A stretch of DNA of 64,000 nt from Candidatus Bathyarchaeia archaeon. Its GTDB lineage: Archaea > Thermoproteota > Bathyarchaeia > TCS64. Position numbers and translations under genes: made by a program. Within the stretch, counting starts at the first letter, position 1; every line of letters starts with the position of its first letter. Below the pieces are notes generated by a model, which was given only the letters and a program-made list of their open reading frames with translations, did not search any database and had not been told where the DNA came from. Positions 19,048 to 29,530 of this stretch are shown here, in pieces. The stretch spans positions 1 through 64,000 of the forward strand of contig JBEKDF010000014.1 in NCBI GenBank assembly GCA_050014495.1, written 5' to 3'.

Positions 19048-19710
19048 TCATTCTATTTCTCCCTCTTTAATTTTTACAATTCTATCTACCATGGAATCAG
19101 CCTCTTCAGAGTCGTGCGTCACATAGATCACCGTAGCTCTCAATACGTCGAATATGTTCCTAATGTCATTCATGAGCTGCGTCTTCAGTTCGGGGTCGAG
19201 AGAGGTAAGAGGCTCATCCAGTAACAATATCTTTGGACTCACCGCGAGCGTTCTGGCTAGGGCTACACGTTTTTGTTGCCCCCCACTCAGTTGGTCTGGG
19301 TAGAAATCTCTGACATCCTCGACATGAACCATCAACAATAATTTGTTTACCCTCGCCGCAATTTCCCCTTTGGATAGCCCCTGTGACTCTGGACCAAAAC
19401 CTATGTTCTCTTGAACTGTCATATTCGGGAAGAGAGCAGCTTCCTGCATAACGTAGCCAAGACCCCTCAAAGCGGGCGGAAAAGAGATTTGATTCACGCT
19501 TACTCCACTTCTCGTCACTATGACGCCGTCTACACTTATCTCACCGGAGTCGGGTTCAAGAAGGCCAGCGATGATGTTTAGTGTCGTTGACTTCCCCACC
19601 CCACTCGGGCCGACGAGGCCTAAAACCTCGCCATCTGACACATCGAAGCTCACTTCTCGCAGTATCTGTCTAGACCCGAAGGCCTTCCTGATTCCCTTGA
19701 CGCTGATCAA
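19048..19710 (-). CDS. modC: Molybdate ABC transporter ATP-binding protein
   Basis: GPSGVGKST, LSGGQ and LLLDEP motifs; operon with modAB. Confidence 0.85.
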   Translation of the reverse strand: MISVKGIRKAFGSRQILREVSFDVSDGEVLGLVGPSGVGKSTTLNIIAGLLEPDSGEISVDGVIVTRSGVSVNQISFPPALRGLGYVMQEAALFPNMTVQENIGFGPESQGLSKGEIAARVNKLLLMVHVEDVRDFYPDQLSGGQQKRVALARTLAVSPKILLLDEPLTSLDPELKTQLMNDIRNIFDVLRATVIYVTHDSEEADSMVDRIVKIKEGEIE

Positions 19711-20492
19711 GGTGTCCTCTGACCGCCCAAGGACTTGACTGCTGCGAGGAGTATGAAGGAAAACAGGATCAGTATCACAGAGAGGACGACGGCTACCTGG
19801 AGGTCACTGCTCAAAGCGATATAGATGGCAAGGGGCATTGTCTGGGTCACACCTGGGAGGTTACCCGCGAACATCAGTGTGGCCCCAAACTCTCCTAAGG
19901 ACCTCGCCCAGCACATGACTAGACCCGCGAAGACACCTCTCCAGGCTAAGGGAAAGGTGACCTTCAAGAAGACGCGGGTATCGGAAGCAGAGAGTATCCT
20001 CGCGCTGTCAATTAATCTCTGATTCACCCCACTAAAAGCTGCCTTGGAGGCACGTATATAGAAGGGTGAGCTGACGAAGACCTCGGCAATAACGACTGCC
20101 CAAATCGATCCGGGGAGAATGATACCTCGACTCGCCAAGACTCCACCTATGAGTCCTCGCGGGGCAAAGGCCAGAAGGAGTGCGAGGCCTGCCACCGCTG
20201 GGGGTAGAACCATAGGCAGATCAACAACGGCGTCGAGGAACCAACGCCCCTTGAAATCGTACCGAGCGAGGGCGTAGGAGATTGGCGTCGCGAGAACTAG
20301 GACGACAGCGGTAGAGACCGTAGAGGCGAGAAGACTCAACTTCAAGGAGTCTATAACCGCAGGAGTGTTGAGCCTCGACACCAGTTCAGAGGGTGTAACT
20401 CTGAGAAACACTGCAGCTATTGGCAGTATTATGAAAAGGAGGAAGATCGCAGAGAACACGACAACTACTGCTCTAAGCGCTAGCCTCAACAC
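19707..20492 (-). CDS. modB: Molybdate ABC transporter permease
   Basis: DLPMVLPPAVAG, ARSLGEFGAT and GVTQTMPLAIY motifs. Confidence 0.92.
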   Translation of the reverse strand: MLRLALRAVVVVFSAIFLLFIILPIAAVFLRVTPSELVSRLNTPAVIDSLKLSLLASTVSTAVVLVLATPISYALARYDFKGRWFLDAVVDLPMVLPPAVAGLALLLAFAPRGLIGGVLASRGIILPGSIWAVVIAEVFVSSPFYIRASKAAFSGVNQRLIDSARILSASDTRVFLKVTFPLAWRGVFAGLVMCWARSLGEFGATLMFAGNLPGVTQTMPLAIYIALSSDLQVAVVLSVILILFSFILLAAVKSLGGQRTP

Positions 20493-20499
20493 ACCGCAC

Positions 20500-21327
20500 C
20501 TATGGTCCCAGGAATCCAGCGTCAGCGAGCGCCTTCTGGCCGTCGCTCGACATCACATAGTCTATGAACTTCTGAGCCAGTACAGCATGACTCGTTGTGG
20601 TTATGATCCCTATAGGATAAATTGCTATCAGGTTTATATCGCCTGGGATCTCGATGAAGTTGACCTCGCTCGCCCTATTGATTGCATCAGACTTGTAGGC
20701 GAGGCCAGCATCCGCTGTCCCAGTCTCAGTCTTTGTTACGACCTGTTCCACATCAGTCTCGTATGAGATCACGTTCGCGAGCACCTTCTTGGAGAAGCCC
20801 ACATACTCGTCCCCTTTATAGAGGGGACTGCTTGAATTACCCCAAGTTGCATCGATCTTAGTCAAGATCTGAAGTGCATAGTTGCCGGCTGGGACCGACT
20901 TATCAGCCATCACTATCCTCACGCCCGGCTTTGCGAGGTCGAGAAGGGTAGAGACTTTGGTATCGTTCTTCGCGACGATAACAATTATGGAGTTATGGGC
21001 GAAGACGGTCGAGCTTCCAGATAGCAGGTTGGCGTTTTTGACATTGGTCATCTCCTTTGTGTTAGCAGATGCAAAGACGTCGCAGGGGGATCCATGGATG
21101 ATCTGAGTGCTGAGAGTGCTCGAGCCAGCGAAGTTGAAGATCAGCTTCGCGTTGTACTTGCTCTCGAATTGAGACTGCAGGCTCTGGAAGGGAACCGTAA
21201 GGCTAGCCGCCGCGAAGACTCTGAGCTCCTCCGCGGGTTTCGGGGTGAAATACTGGTACGCGGCGTAGAGACCCACCGCCGAAACTGCTAAGATGACGAC
21301 AAGTAAGACAAGAGTGTTTCTTTTCAT
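20500..21327 (-). CDS. modA: Molybdate ABC transporter substrate-binding protein
   Basis: FAAASL, NFAGSSTL, DVFASA, VPAGNY and YKSDA motifs. Confidence 0.92.
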   Translation of the reverse strand: MKRNTLVLLVVILAVSAVGLYAAYQYFTPKPAEELRVFAAASLTVPFQSLQSQFESKYNAKLIFNFAGSSTLSTQIIHGSPCDVFASANTKEMTNVKNANLLSGSSTVFAHNSIIVIVAKNDTKVSTLLDLAKPGVRIVMADKSVPAGNYALQILTKIDATWGNSSSPLYKGDEYVGFSKKVLANVISYETDVEQVVTKTETGTADAGLAYKSDAINRASEVNFIEIPGDINLIAIYPIGIITTTSHAVLAQKFIDYVMSSDGQKALADAGFLGP

Positions 21328-21435
21328 ATTGATGGTAAATGACTAACACTCAATACTGAGTTAAACTTTACGCTTTCCTTTTAAGTAATAACGATTGAAA
21401 TGTAAAGCGTTATTGATTTCATTTGGGGTAATGAG

Positions 21436-21858
21436 ATGACTGCGGGAGAGAAGTCGGGGTCGTTGACCAGGATCCAGCTAGAGGTGCTACGACTCAGAAT
21501 GACAGGCCTAACGCAAGAGGAGGTAGCAACTAAACTTGGAACAACGAGGCAAAATATCTCCCTCGTGGAGAGACGAGCACGCAGGAACCTGGAAAGGGCA
21601 AAGGAAACAATAACCGCATATAGGAAACTCAGGACAGTCGCCACCGTAACTTTGCCCCCCACGACGCACTTAGTGGATGTACCAAGAATGCTCATAGACG
21701 CGGCCGATTCTGCCGGGGTCAGGATAAGTGTGGACTTCTCCCTAATATACAAAGAACTAAAGCACGACGCAAAGGACAGCGTATCGGGAACGAGGATAAC
21801 AAAACAAGTTCGCGTCGACATCTTGAATGACGGCGAAGTATACATCGAACCCTCGTAA
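21436..21858 (+). CDS. tfx: Tfx-family transcriptional regulator
   Basis: LT..Q.EVL.LR..GLTQEEVA..LGTTRQNIS..ERRA..N...AKET pattern. Confidence 0.85.
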   Translation: MTAGEKSGSLTRIQLEVLRLRMTGLTQEEVATKLGTTRQNISLVERRARRNLERAKETITAYRKLRTVATVTLPPTTHLVDVPRMLIDAADSAGVRISVDFSLIYKELKHDAKDSVSGTRITKQVRVDILNDGEVYIEPS

Positions 21859-22069
21859 AGATTAGATCTATCTATGAGCGCGCGCAGATTCATGAGGCTT
21901 GATGGCTTCCTCGTTGTTGATTAATCGAGACATGCTAGGGAGCTTCGCTATGAGGACTACATCGAAAAGTCGTTTAAATCCTTCGAAGGAACTGAAAAAA
22001 CCCTGGGTGTCATCCTCTAGTATCGAAGAAATGCTTCAAAAAGCTCGTGGGGAACCTTCCCATGCTCCA

Positions 22070-22849
22070 CTAGCCATGTTTCCTCTTTATCATCTCAGCC
22101 ACGATGCTCACACCGATCTCCTCAGGTGTCCCCGCGTTTATGTCGAGGCCGATGGGGGCATACATGACATCGAGCACCTTCTCGTCGAATCCTTCAGATT
22201 TGAGCTGCTCTTTGTGTTTTCTCGCTTTATTTGTACTTCCAAGGAGCCCGATGTAGGCAGGCTTCGCCTTAACCGCGTAACGCAGGGCAGCAAGCTCAAA
22301 TGAGGTCTCACCGTGGAGGACTGCGACAAAGTCACTTGGCCGAATCTCAACACCATTTAACGACTCGGGGTACTTTCCGTTGACTACCCTCATCCCCGGG
22401 AAGTAATCCTGCCTTGCTGTCGTAGCATCGTCGACGATTGTGACCTCGAAGCCACAGCCTTTCGCGTAGCGAGCCGTGGCCTGGGCTATCCAGCCCGACC
22501 CCATGATCACAAGCCGTGGCTCAGGTTTCACGATGTCCATGAATATTTTGACCTCCCCGCCGCACTTAGAGTCTATGGCGATCATTCCCTCACGCGGGGG
22601 CACTCCCATGGCGAAGTGCAGCGTCCTGGGTTTACCCTCTGCAAGCGCCTCTAGGGCTTGTTTCATGATCACCCTCTCCATCTCCCCACCACCTATAGTG
22701 CCTAGAGCCTTACCATCCGGTGTCACAAGCATTTTAGCGCCAGGCTCCCTTGGACCCGAACCCTCCTTAAAGATCAGTGTGCAGAGTACAACACTCTGCC
22801 CTCTGACTAGGGACTCGCTGACGCGACTGAATATCTCCGGATCGTTCAT
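22070..22849 (-). CDS. XdhC/CoxI family molybdoenzyme maturation factor
   Basis: GSGPREPGAKM, GTIGGG, CGG, YIGLLGS and APIGLDINAGTPEEI motifs. Confidence 0.92.
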   Translation of the reverse strand: MNDPEIFSRVSESLVRGQSVVLCTLIFKEGSGPREPGAKMLVTPDGKALGTIGGGEMERVIMKQALEALAEGKPRTLHFAMGVPPREGMIAIDSKCGGEVKIFMDIVKPEPRLVIMGSGWIAQATARYAKGCGFEVTIVDDATTARQDYFPGMRVVNGKYPESLNGVEIRPSDFVAVLHGETSFELAALRYAVKAKPAYIGLLGSTNKARKHKEQLKSEGFDEKVLDVMYAPIGLDINAGTPEEIGVSIVAEMIKRKHG

Positions 22850-23100
22850 CTTCTGAATCGATCCGCGACTAGACTAATAAATGGTCACGCTAGGAGATCC
22901 TCCCACGACCTCAAGGTCATCCCAGCCAACCGGGATGTATCTACTCTTCTTTGCCCAGATCGGCGTGCCCTCTCCAGATAGTACGACATAATTACATCGA
23001 TAGAGGTGGCAAAAATGAAAATCGGGAAAGGATAAATTTGAATCGCGTACGAACTTGGCGTGGTTCGAAAATAGTGGCGAGCCACTCGCTTCAGATTTTG

Positions 23101-23880
23101 TTATGTCTGGTCAGCGTACTTGAACCATGCGGAGGTGCAAATCGCGCCGCTCAGGCACGTGACGAGGATAATGAGGTAGCTGACCGTACTTAGAGGGTCA
23201 CTTGCGCTACCTTGGCTGAAAAGGGCGGGGATCGCATATGGGAAATACATGCCATAACCGATTAGGTTCGAGATCTGCGCTAAAGCTAGCATCAGAATCG
23301 TAAAGCCCATCGATGGAAGGTAACCCTTCCCAGCATAGGCGAGGAATGTGATAGGGGTAATAAGAAGAATATTCATTACTCCACCCCCAAAAATAGTTGA
23401 CGCTCCTCGCAGAATTACATCCGTCGAGAAACCCGGTAACTTTATGATATATTCTAAAGATATCCCGATGATTAAAACTAGGGCAACCATTAGAAGGGAC
23501 CAGAAGGCGAATACAGTATACTTTGCGGCGACAATAACAGAGCGTGAGGTCGGTAACGCAAGGAGATCCTTTACAGTCCGGTCAGCGTACTCTCTGCCGA
23601 ACATCCAACTTCCCATTAATCCGTTGAACAGGATACCCGCGACAATTTCCTGAGAGAGCACTTCGATATATCCAGCCCAATCCACAGTACCTACTAATAT
23701 CTGCGCCTTAGCACCGATTATGCCTAGTTGGCGAGCCCCTTTAGGGTCCTTCATTATGACCATGAAAAATGCCGCTGCCAACGGAAGCAATGCGAAGCCT
23801 AGGGCTATAAACTGAGGAACCTTTGATCTTCTCACCTTCAGGGCCTCAGCCCAAAGTGCACTAGTGAAGCCTTTCATCAT
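23101..23880 (-). CDS. ABC-2 permease (BcrB/lantibiotic-resistance-like)
   Basis: FGREYADRTVKDLLALPTSR motif; six TM segments. Confidence 0.85.
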   Translation of the reverse strand: MMKGFTSALWAEALKVRRSKVPQFIALGFALLPLAAAFFMVIMKDPKGARQLGIIGAKAQILVGTVDWAGYIEVLSQEIVAGILFNGLMGSWMFGREYADRTVKDLLALPTSRSVIVAAKYTVFAFWSLLMVALVLIIGISLEYIIKLPGFSTDVILRGASTIFGGGVMNILLITPITFLAYAGKGYLPSMGFTILMLALAQISNLIGYGMYFPYAIPALFSQGSASDPLSTVSYLIILVTCLSGAICTSAWFKYADQT

Positions 23881-23881
23881 C

Positions 23882-24790
23882 TTAGCTCTCCTCCGATTCA
23901 ACAAGCTGCAGAAAGTGTGCTTCTAGGTCCTGCTGATCGACTCTAAGCAACATTGGGGGATACCCCGCGTTTACAAGCAGAGATGCTATCTTGTCAGGGT
24001 TGTCCACGGCTTCCTGACCTAGTACTTTGATGTTGCCATCCAGTTCAACATCTAGTCCAGTGGATTTGAGGTACCTGTGGGCTGCCTCGTTGTCACGGGT
24101 TTGGATAACCAGCGTCTGCTGAGATTGCTTCTCCAGATCCGTGGCGTTGATTTCCTCTAGCAGGACCCCATTGTGGATTATTCCTATTCGTGTCGCGAGG
24201 CGGTTTACCTCGCTAAGGATGTGTGACGACATGAAAATTGTTGTACCATCATTTGCCATGCTGAGAAGCATTTTTCGCACTTCAACAATCCCCGCTGGGT
24301 CTAACCCATTTGATGGTTCATCGAGGATAAGCAGGTCTGGTTTGTTGATGAGCGCCTTCGCCAATCCAAGGCGTTGAAGATTACCAGTTGATAGTGTCTG
24401 TGCTCGTTGGTCTGCGAATGCAGTTAGACCCATTTTTTCGATTATCATATCGACTGCTTCTCGGTCATGCATCAAATATAGTCGGCTTGTGACCTCCAGG
24501 TTCTCTCGAACGGTTAGTTCAGGGTAGGCGGACGGTCTCTCAACCAGGTAGCCGACACGTGACCACAACGAGTTAGAACCGGAGGAAACCTGCTCACCGA
24601 ATAACCTAACTTTTCCTCGGGTTGGGTTGATCATCCCGAGCAGCATTCGGATAGTAGTTGTTTTTCCTGCCCCGTTCAATCCAAGGAAGCCGTATATTTC
24701 TCCCCTGTTGAGGGTGATTGAAAGTCGATCAACTGCCTTTAGGTTTCCGAACTGTTTTGTCAGGTTCTGTGTTTTAATAACTTCAGACAT
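23882..24790 (-). CDS. ABC transporter ATP-binding protein (BcrA-like)
   Basis: GLNGAGKTT, LSTGN, DEPSNGLDP and SSH motifs. Confidence 0.9.
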   Translation of the reverse strand: MSEVIKTQNLTKQFGNLKAVDRLSITLNRGEIYGFLGLNGAGKTTTIRMLLGMINPTRGKVRLFGEQVSSGSNSLWSRVGYLVERPSAYPELTVRENLEVTSRLYLMHDREAVDMIIEKMGLTAFADQRAQTLSTGNLQRLGLAKALINKPDLLILDEPSNGLDPAGIVEVRKMLLSMANDGTTIFMSSHILSEVNRLATRIGIIHNGVLLEEINATDLEKQSQQTLVIQTRDNEAAHRYLKSTGLDVELDGNIKVLGQEAVDNPDKIASLLVNAGYPPMLLRVDQQDLEAHFLQLVESEES

Positions 24791-24903
24791 GTTGAGACAC
24801 CTGTCGCCTACCAAGAGTATGTAATGATATACTTGCGGTTATTATTATAAACTTACCGTTTTGTATTTATATCCGCGAGACAAAATAATACTAAGGATGC
24901 GAT

Positions 24904-25472
24904 ATGCCGAAAGTAGTTCCTGAATACAAGGAGGTAGCCCGAACCAGAATCATTCAGGTGGCCACCAAAATATTTTCTGAAAAGGGATATCAGGACACCA
25001 GTATGGATGACATCGCCAAAGAAATAGGGGTCACTAAGGCTACACTCTATTCATACTTCGACAGTAAGAAGGATATTTTCAATATAATAGCGATATCTGC
25101 TAACCAGAAGCTTAGGGATACTCTTCAGACTTCGTTGAATAACCATGATTACATAGGGACATTAGGTGGAATAGTAAACTGGAAAATTGACCTTTTAAAG
25201 GAATTCATACACATCAGTATTGATATCGTAAAGCTATCTCCTCATGATGAGGAAATTATTAAGATATTGAGGGATGAGCGTGAAAAAGATCTAAAATCTT
25301 TACAGGATTTTTTCCAGAGTCAGAGGCAATTAGAGGCAGTGTGGATGCTTATGTGTTAGCTAACATCGTTCTCGCGCTTTACTTGGAGATGGTTACTCAG
25401 TTGTATGCTGGATTTGACGAGGAGAAAGTTCATGAAACGTGGAGTAAGAGTATGACGGCGATAATTGGTTAA
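24904..25472 (+). pseudogene. TetR-family regulator, frameshifted near 25325
   Basis: TetR HTH (TSMDDIAKEIGVTKATLYSYF); the C-terminal AIRGSVDAYVLANIVLALY...IIG* lies in a different frame. Confidence 0.75.
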
Positions 25473-25505
25473 CGAGATAGTGGTCGTACGGGGTCGTGCG
25501 CGCGC

Positions 25506-25645
25506 AGGGGAAAGTGACCATCGATGAAAACCAGCACCCAGTAAGGGACAGTGACTCGGTCATTGTACCAGCTGGAGTAAAACATAACGTAGTTAATACC
25601 TCCAAGAGTAAAAATCTGAAGCTTTACACGAGTTACTCTCCCACA
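25506..25645 (+). pseudogene. Cupin gene fragment between two CG runs
   Basis: GKVTIDENQHPVRDSDSVIVPAGVKHNVVNTS...LKLYTSYSP is the second cupin motif only. Confidence 0.7.
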
Positions 25646-25696
25646 CGCGCTTATTTCCTCATACACCTTTTAAAAATCGGTGCCCGATACAGATTC

Positions 25697-26011
25697 ATGG
25701 GCATTGAAGTATTAGACGATGAGGGCTTTGTAAAAAACCCAGATCTATGGACCGACAACCTATCAAAAAGCATGGCGAAAACCCAGTTTGATATCACGTT
25801 GACTGATCAACAGTTAAAGATCATTCTCTACATCAGAGATTACTACAAAAAATGGGAGACTCTGCCGATGCTAAAGACTATCAGGGACGAATTCGGCCTA
25901 ACCACATCAGAGATAGATGAGCAATTCAAGAGGGGCAGCAGCACCGCAAGGGGGGTAATCTGTAAACTTGCCGGGTTGCCAAAGATGCTATGCATAGCCT
26001 CAGGATGCTGA
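25697..26011 (+). CDS. TusE/DsrC-family sulfur relay protein
   Basis: LDDEGF...W, LT..Q..II.YIRDYY and CKLAGLPK motifs; start moved to MGIEV. Confidence 0.85.
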   Translation: MGIEVLDDEGFVKNPDLWTDNLSKSMAKTQFDITLTDQQLKIILYIRDYYKKWETLPMLKTIRDEFGLTTSEIDEQFKRGSSTARGVICKLAGLPKMLCIASGC

Positions 26012-26018
26012 GAATATA

Positions 26019-26372
26019 ATGAGTGAAGAATTAATGCTGGTGTATGGCTGGGGTCCGGAGGAGGACGGAAAACTATCATCTCTTCTCTACATTGCAGAGA
26101 CTGCGGTATCTATGGGAATGAAGACCTCGATCTTTCTCTTCACAGACGCGGCGATCCTCGCAAAACAGGGTAGTTTCCAGAAGATAAGCGGGGAGATGTA
26201 TTCCAGGTTCAGACGAATCACAAATGATCCCAATCTCAAAATGTATGTATGCGAGGAAGCAGCGAGAAAGCGTGCATTAACACAGGATAATCTCGAGGAA
26301 AAAATCAGCCTTATTGGGTACGCTACATTTCTTGATATAGCTACAAAAACTAAGACAGTGATAACAATCTAG
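26019..26372 (+). CDS. DsrE/F-family protein
   Basis: SIFLFTDAA and YVCEEAARKR motifs. Confidence 0.8.
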   Translation: MSEELMLVYGWGPEEDGKLSSLLYIAETAVSMGMKTSIFLFTDAAILAKQGSFQKISGEMYSRFRRITNDPNLKMYVCEEAARKRALTQDNLEEKISLIGYATFLDIATKTKTVITI

Positions 26373-26384
26373 GGGAGCAGATGA

Positions 26385-26780
26385 ATGATGATTGTGAAAA
26401 AGGTAAAGGAAGTCAAGGACTACGACGTCAAGGAGGCTTACGGGCAGGATGCGGAGGGAGTATCGATCAGGTGGATCTCTGAGAAGCGGACGGGTGGGGA
26501 CGAGTATCTGCACAACTTCGCACTCAGGTACTTCACATTCAAGCCAAACGCCTACATGAATCCACATAAACACCCGTGGGAGCAGGAGATCGCTGTGACG
26601 AAGGGGAAGATCCAGGTCCTAGGAGCAGTGAATGATCAGATCCTGAGGGAGAGTGATGTCGGCTACTTCCCGGCGAATGAGGTGCATGGGTTTAAGAATC
26701 TCTCAGACGGGGATAGCGAGTTCTACTGCGTGATTGGGTGCGTTGGGAAGGGTGAAAACTGTCTAGGTATACAAGGTTAA
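26385..26780 (+). CDS. Cupin-domain protein
   Basis: FALRYF, PHKHPWEQE and PANEVHGF motifs. Confidence 0.85.
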   Translation: MMIVKKVKEVKDYDVKEAYGQDAEGVSIRWISEKRTGGDEYLHNFALRYFTFKPNAYMNPHKHPWEQEIAVTKGKIQVLGAVNDQILRESDVGYFPANEVHGFKNLSDGDSEFYCVIGCVGKGENCLGIQG

Positions 26781-26884
26781 ACAAATACTCATATTACTGC
26801 CAAGTTAATGGGATGGACTGGAAGAGAATCAATTTTAAGAATGAGCTGTTCCCCGTTAACGTTCCCACTGAAGAATGATTAAGG

Positions 26885-27685
26885 TTACCACTTCAGCCGT
26901 TTAAGGAATGCCCGGATCTCCTTCTCGAAATCCACAGGTTTATCCTGCGGAACCATGTGACTAGCTCCCATCACAGTTACCACTTCAAGCCCCGGGATCA
27001 ATTTCATCATTCTCTCCCTCTTCTCTGAGGTTACAAGCTGACTCCCAGAGCCGAGAATTAGCTTCGTGGGAACCTTGATCCTCTCGACATAGGGCCAAAG
27101 GTCAGTGAAGTAGCTGGTCATCGTAGGACTACCAGTTGGTTTGGGCTTTAGGCTTCCATCCGGTTGCTTCGTGAAACCATGTCTCAGCCGGTTCTCTAAG
27201 TAATAAGCATCGAACCCGGGGTATCTCTCCTTAATATATGCTGTAGCTTCATCCACATTCTTCATGGTTCCTGGTGCCTGCTGGCCCCAGGACCTGGACA
27301 CGGGGTCCGGCGGTGCTATATCAACCAGAACTACACCTTTCACCTCCTCGGGGTGATCGGCGGCGAGTATCATGCTCATCCTTCCACCTATACTGTGGCC
27401 TATGAGGACGCACGGTGTGTAACCAAGCTTCTTGTAGCACTCCCTGAGCAACTCCGCGTGTTCGGGGAGCGTCACCGTCTTAGCGGGTATGGTGGAGTCG
27501 CCGTGAGCGAGGATAGTAAGGGCGAGTATCCGGTACCTGTCCTCAAGCGCCTCGCACATCTTCTCCATACTGTAAGCATCCATCCCCATGCTGTGCAGGA
27601 TAACTATACTCCCACCCCTCTTGCCCCAAGTGGCGTAGTGGATGCGGTAATCACCAACCTCAAGGAACCCATCGGATGCCGTCAA
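26885..27685 (-). CDS. Alpha/beta hydrolase
   Basis: GHSIGG nucleophile elbow; ASHMVPQD. Confidence 0.9.
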   Translation of the reverse strand: MTASDGFLEVGDYRIHYATWGKRGGSIVILHSMGMDAYSMEKMCEALEDRYRILALTILAHGDSTIPAKTVTLPEHAELLRECYKKLGYTPCVLIGHSIGGRMSMILAADHPEEVKGVVLVDIAPPDPVSRSWGQQAPGTMKNVDEATAYIKERYPGFDAYYLENRLRHGFTKQPDGSLKPKPTGSPTMTSYFTDLWPYVERIKVPTKLILGSGSQLVTSEKRERMMKLIPGLEVVTVMGASHMVPQDKPVDFEKEIRAFLKRLKW

Positions 27686-27736
27686 ATCGCTTCGAAAATG
27701 GTTGAGTACTTCTCCGGTTTCAATTTTTGCATTGAC

Positions 27737-27976
27737 TCAGTATCTATCATTGGAGGTTTGTGTGAGTTTCAGCACGGCGAGGCTGTGGCTGCAGACCCCT
27801 TTCTCCTGGAATCCTGGGCAGCTACAATAAACCCTCCCGTTCCTCACTACAAGAGTGTAAGTTCCGTGGTCCCCAATGACATTAAAGTGTCCACTTTCTA
27901 GCCTCTCGATCCTCCCAGCCTTCAGGAGCCTGTCAGCCTTGTCGAGCATCTTATGTAGAGGCGTGGAGAGCACCAA
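27737..27976 (-). CDS. SWIM zinc-finger protein
   Basis: CSCPGF...CSH motif. Confidence 0.8.
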   Translation of the reverse strand: MVLSTPLHKMLDKADRLLKAGRIERLESGHFNVIGDHGTYTLVVRNGRVYCSCPGFQEKGVCSHSLAVLKLTQTSNDRY

Positions 27977-28077
27977 AAACAGGTGATATAATCCTCGACT
28001 TAAGCTATTCCATGCTTATTATCGGAGGAATCAGGATACCGTGAAATATCCTCCCAGCAATATATTTGCAGATAATA

Positions 28078-28911
28078 ATGGGCAGACTCGATGGCAAAAT
28101 AGCGGTGGTCACAGGCGCCACCGGAGGAATAGGGGAAGCAAGTGTCCGCCTCTTCGCTGCTGAGGGGGCTAAGGTCGTTGCAGCTGACATAGATGATGAG
28201 AGAGGGAAACGTCTAGAGAGCGGACTGAAGGGAAGGGTAATCTACAATCATATCGATGTCTCCAATGAGGCTGATGTTAAGAATGTAGTGGAGGCAGCTA
28301 TGGATAATTGGGGCCGTTTGGACATAATGTTCAACAACGCAGGTATCGTTGGCGCAGTGGGCCCAATAGTGGATGTGAAGGTCGAGGACTTTGATAGGAC
28401 CCTCGGGGTTAACCTAAGGGGCGCCTTCCTTGGAATAAAGCACGCCACACCAATTATGAGGAGGCAAGGAACCGGGAGCATAATAAACACCGCGAGTACG
28501 GCGGCTCTCCTCGCCGGATTCGGCAATCATATCTACAGCGCATCAAAGGCGGGAATTGTCCAGCTCACAAGAAGCGTCGCAATGGAACTGGGCGAATTAG
28601 GAATTAGAGTGAACTGTGTCAGTCCCGGTTACATTCCGACGCCGATGATTGGAATAGCACGCAGTCTGACTCGTGACCAGGCAGAGGAGAAAATGCACGT
28701 CATCGAGGCGGCATTTAGGGAGACTCAACCCCTAAGGGGGCCGATCATGCCTGAGGAGGTGGCAAAAGCCGCCCTCTTCCTAGCAAGCGACGACTCCAAG
28801 TTTATCACCGGGCAAAACCTCGTCGTCGACGGCGGCGTCACCGGTGGAAAGATGTGGAGGGACTACCAGAAGAGTACAAACAGCCTCAGGGAGGCCCTCG
28901 AGAACAGATGA
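28078..28911 (+). CDS. Short-chain dehydrogenase/reductase
   Basis: [12 protein letters not shown] and YSASK motifs. Confidence 0.92.
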   Translation: MGRLDGKIAVVTGATGGIGEASVRLFAAEGAKVVAADIDDERGKRLESGLKGRVIYNHIDVSNEADVKNVVEAAMDNWGRLDIMFNNAGIVGAVGPIVDVKVEDFDRTLGVNLRGAFLGIKHATPIMRRQGTGSIINTASTAALLAGFGNHIYSASKAGIVQLTRSVAMELGELGIRVNCVSPGYIPTPMIGIARSLTRDQAEEKMHVIEAAFRETQPLRGPIMPEEVAKAALFLASDDSKFITGQNLVVDGGVTGGKMWRDYQKSTNSLREALENR

Positions 28912-29465
28912 GCGAGAAGGTCTCAATTCTCGGTGTGGCAGGCAGCCCTCGTAGAGGGGGAAACACCGAGACTATTTTAGATGAAGTGCTAAAAGGTGCC
29001 TCGATGGCGGGAGCCACGACAGAGAAGGTGATCCTCGCACAATCCAATGTGGGACCCTGCAAGGCCTGCAATGTATGCTCAAAGACAGGAATCTGCATAC
29101 AGGCTGATGACATGGAGGCAATCATCGATAAGATGAAGACATCGAAAATATGGGTCCTGGCCACGCCGGTCTACTGGTGGGGTCCGACGGCCCAGATGAA
29201 GGCGTTTATAGACAGGTGGTATGCTATTCCAAAGGAACTTTTCAAGGGGAGAAGGATCATACTTGTCATCTCCTCTGGGGGTGGAGAGACCTACGCTAAG
29301 TTGACAGTGCAGATGATGAGCGAGATCATTCAGTACCTCGACATGGAGAAGTATCGCGTCCTACAGGCAGCCGGAGCTGAAACGAAGACATCAGCTAGAA
29401 ATAATACCGACCTTATGTTGGAGGCCCACGCTGTTGGATTCGATTCGGTTAAAACACTGGTGTGA
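28908..29465 (+). CDS. Iron-sulfur flavoprotein / flavodoxin family
   Basis: GSPRRGGNT, CKACNVC..C and TPVYW motifs. Confidence 0.88.
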   Translation: MSEKVSILGVAGSPRRGGNTETILDEVLKGASMAGATTEKVILAQSNVGPCKACNVCSKTGICIQADDMEAIIDKMKTSKIWVLATPVYWWGPTAQMKAFIDRWYAIPKELFKGRRIILVISSGGGETYAKLTVQMMSEIIQYLDMEKYRVLQAAGAETKTSARNNTDLMLEAHAVGFDSVKTLV

Positions 29466-29530
29466 AACCAGGACCATTCAGCGAAGTAATAATATTCTCT
29501 ACATTGATCAATCAGCTAAAGGTGTGGAAT

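Noticed and set aside
25496..26011. Genuine cupin-DsrC fusion protein (171-aa ORF)
   Set aside because: The cupin part is half a domain bounded by CG runs and the linker looks like promoter DNA. The real gene likely starts at 25697.
27353..27901. Long antisense ORFs (this one, 32529-33098, 58292-58888 and others)
   Set aside because: They are shadows of well-supported genes on the opposite strand and have no recognisable motifs.
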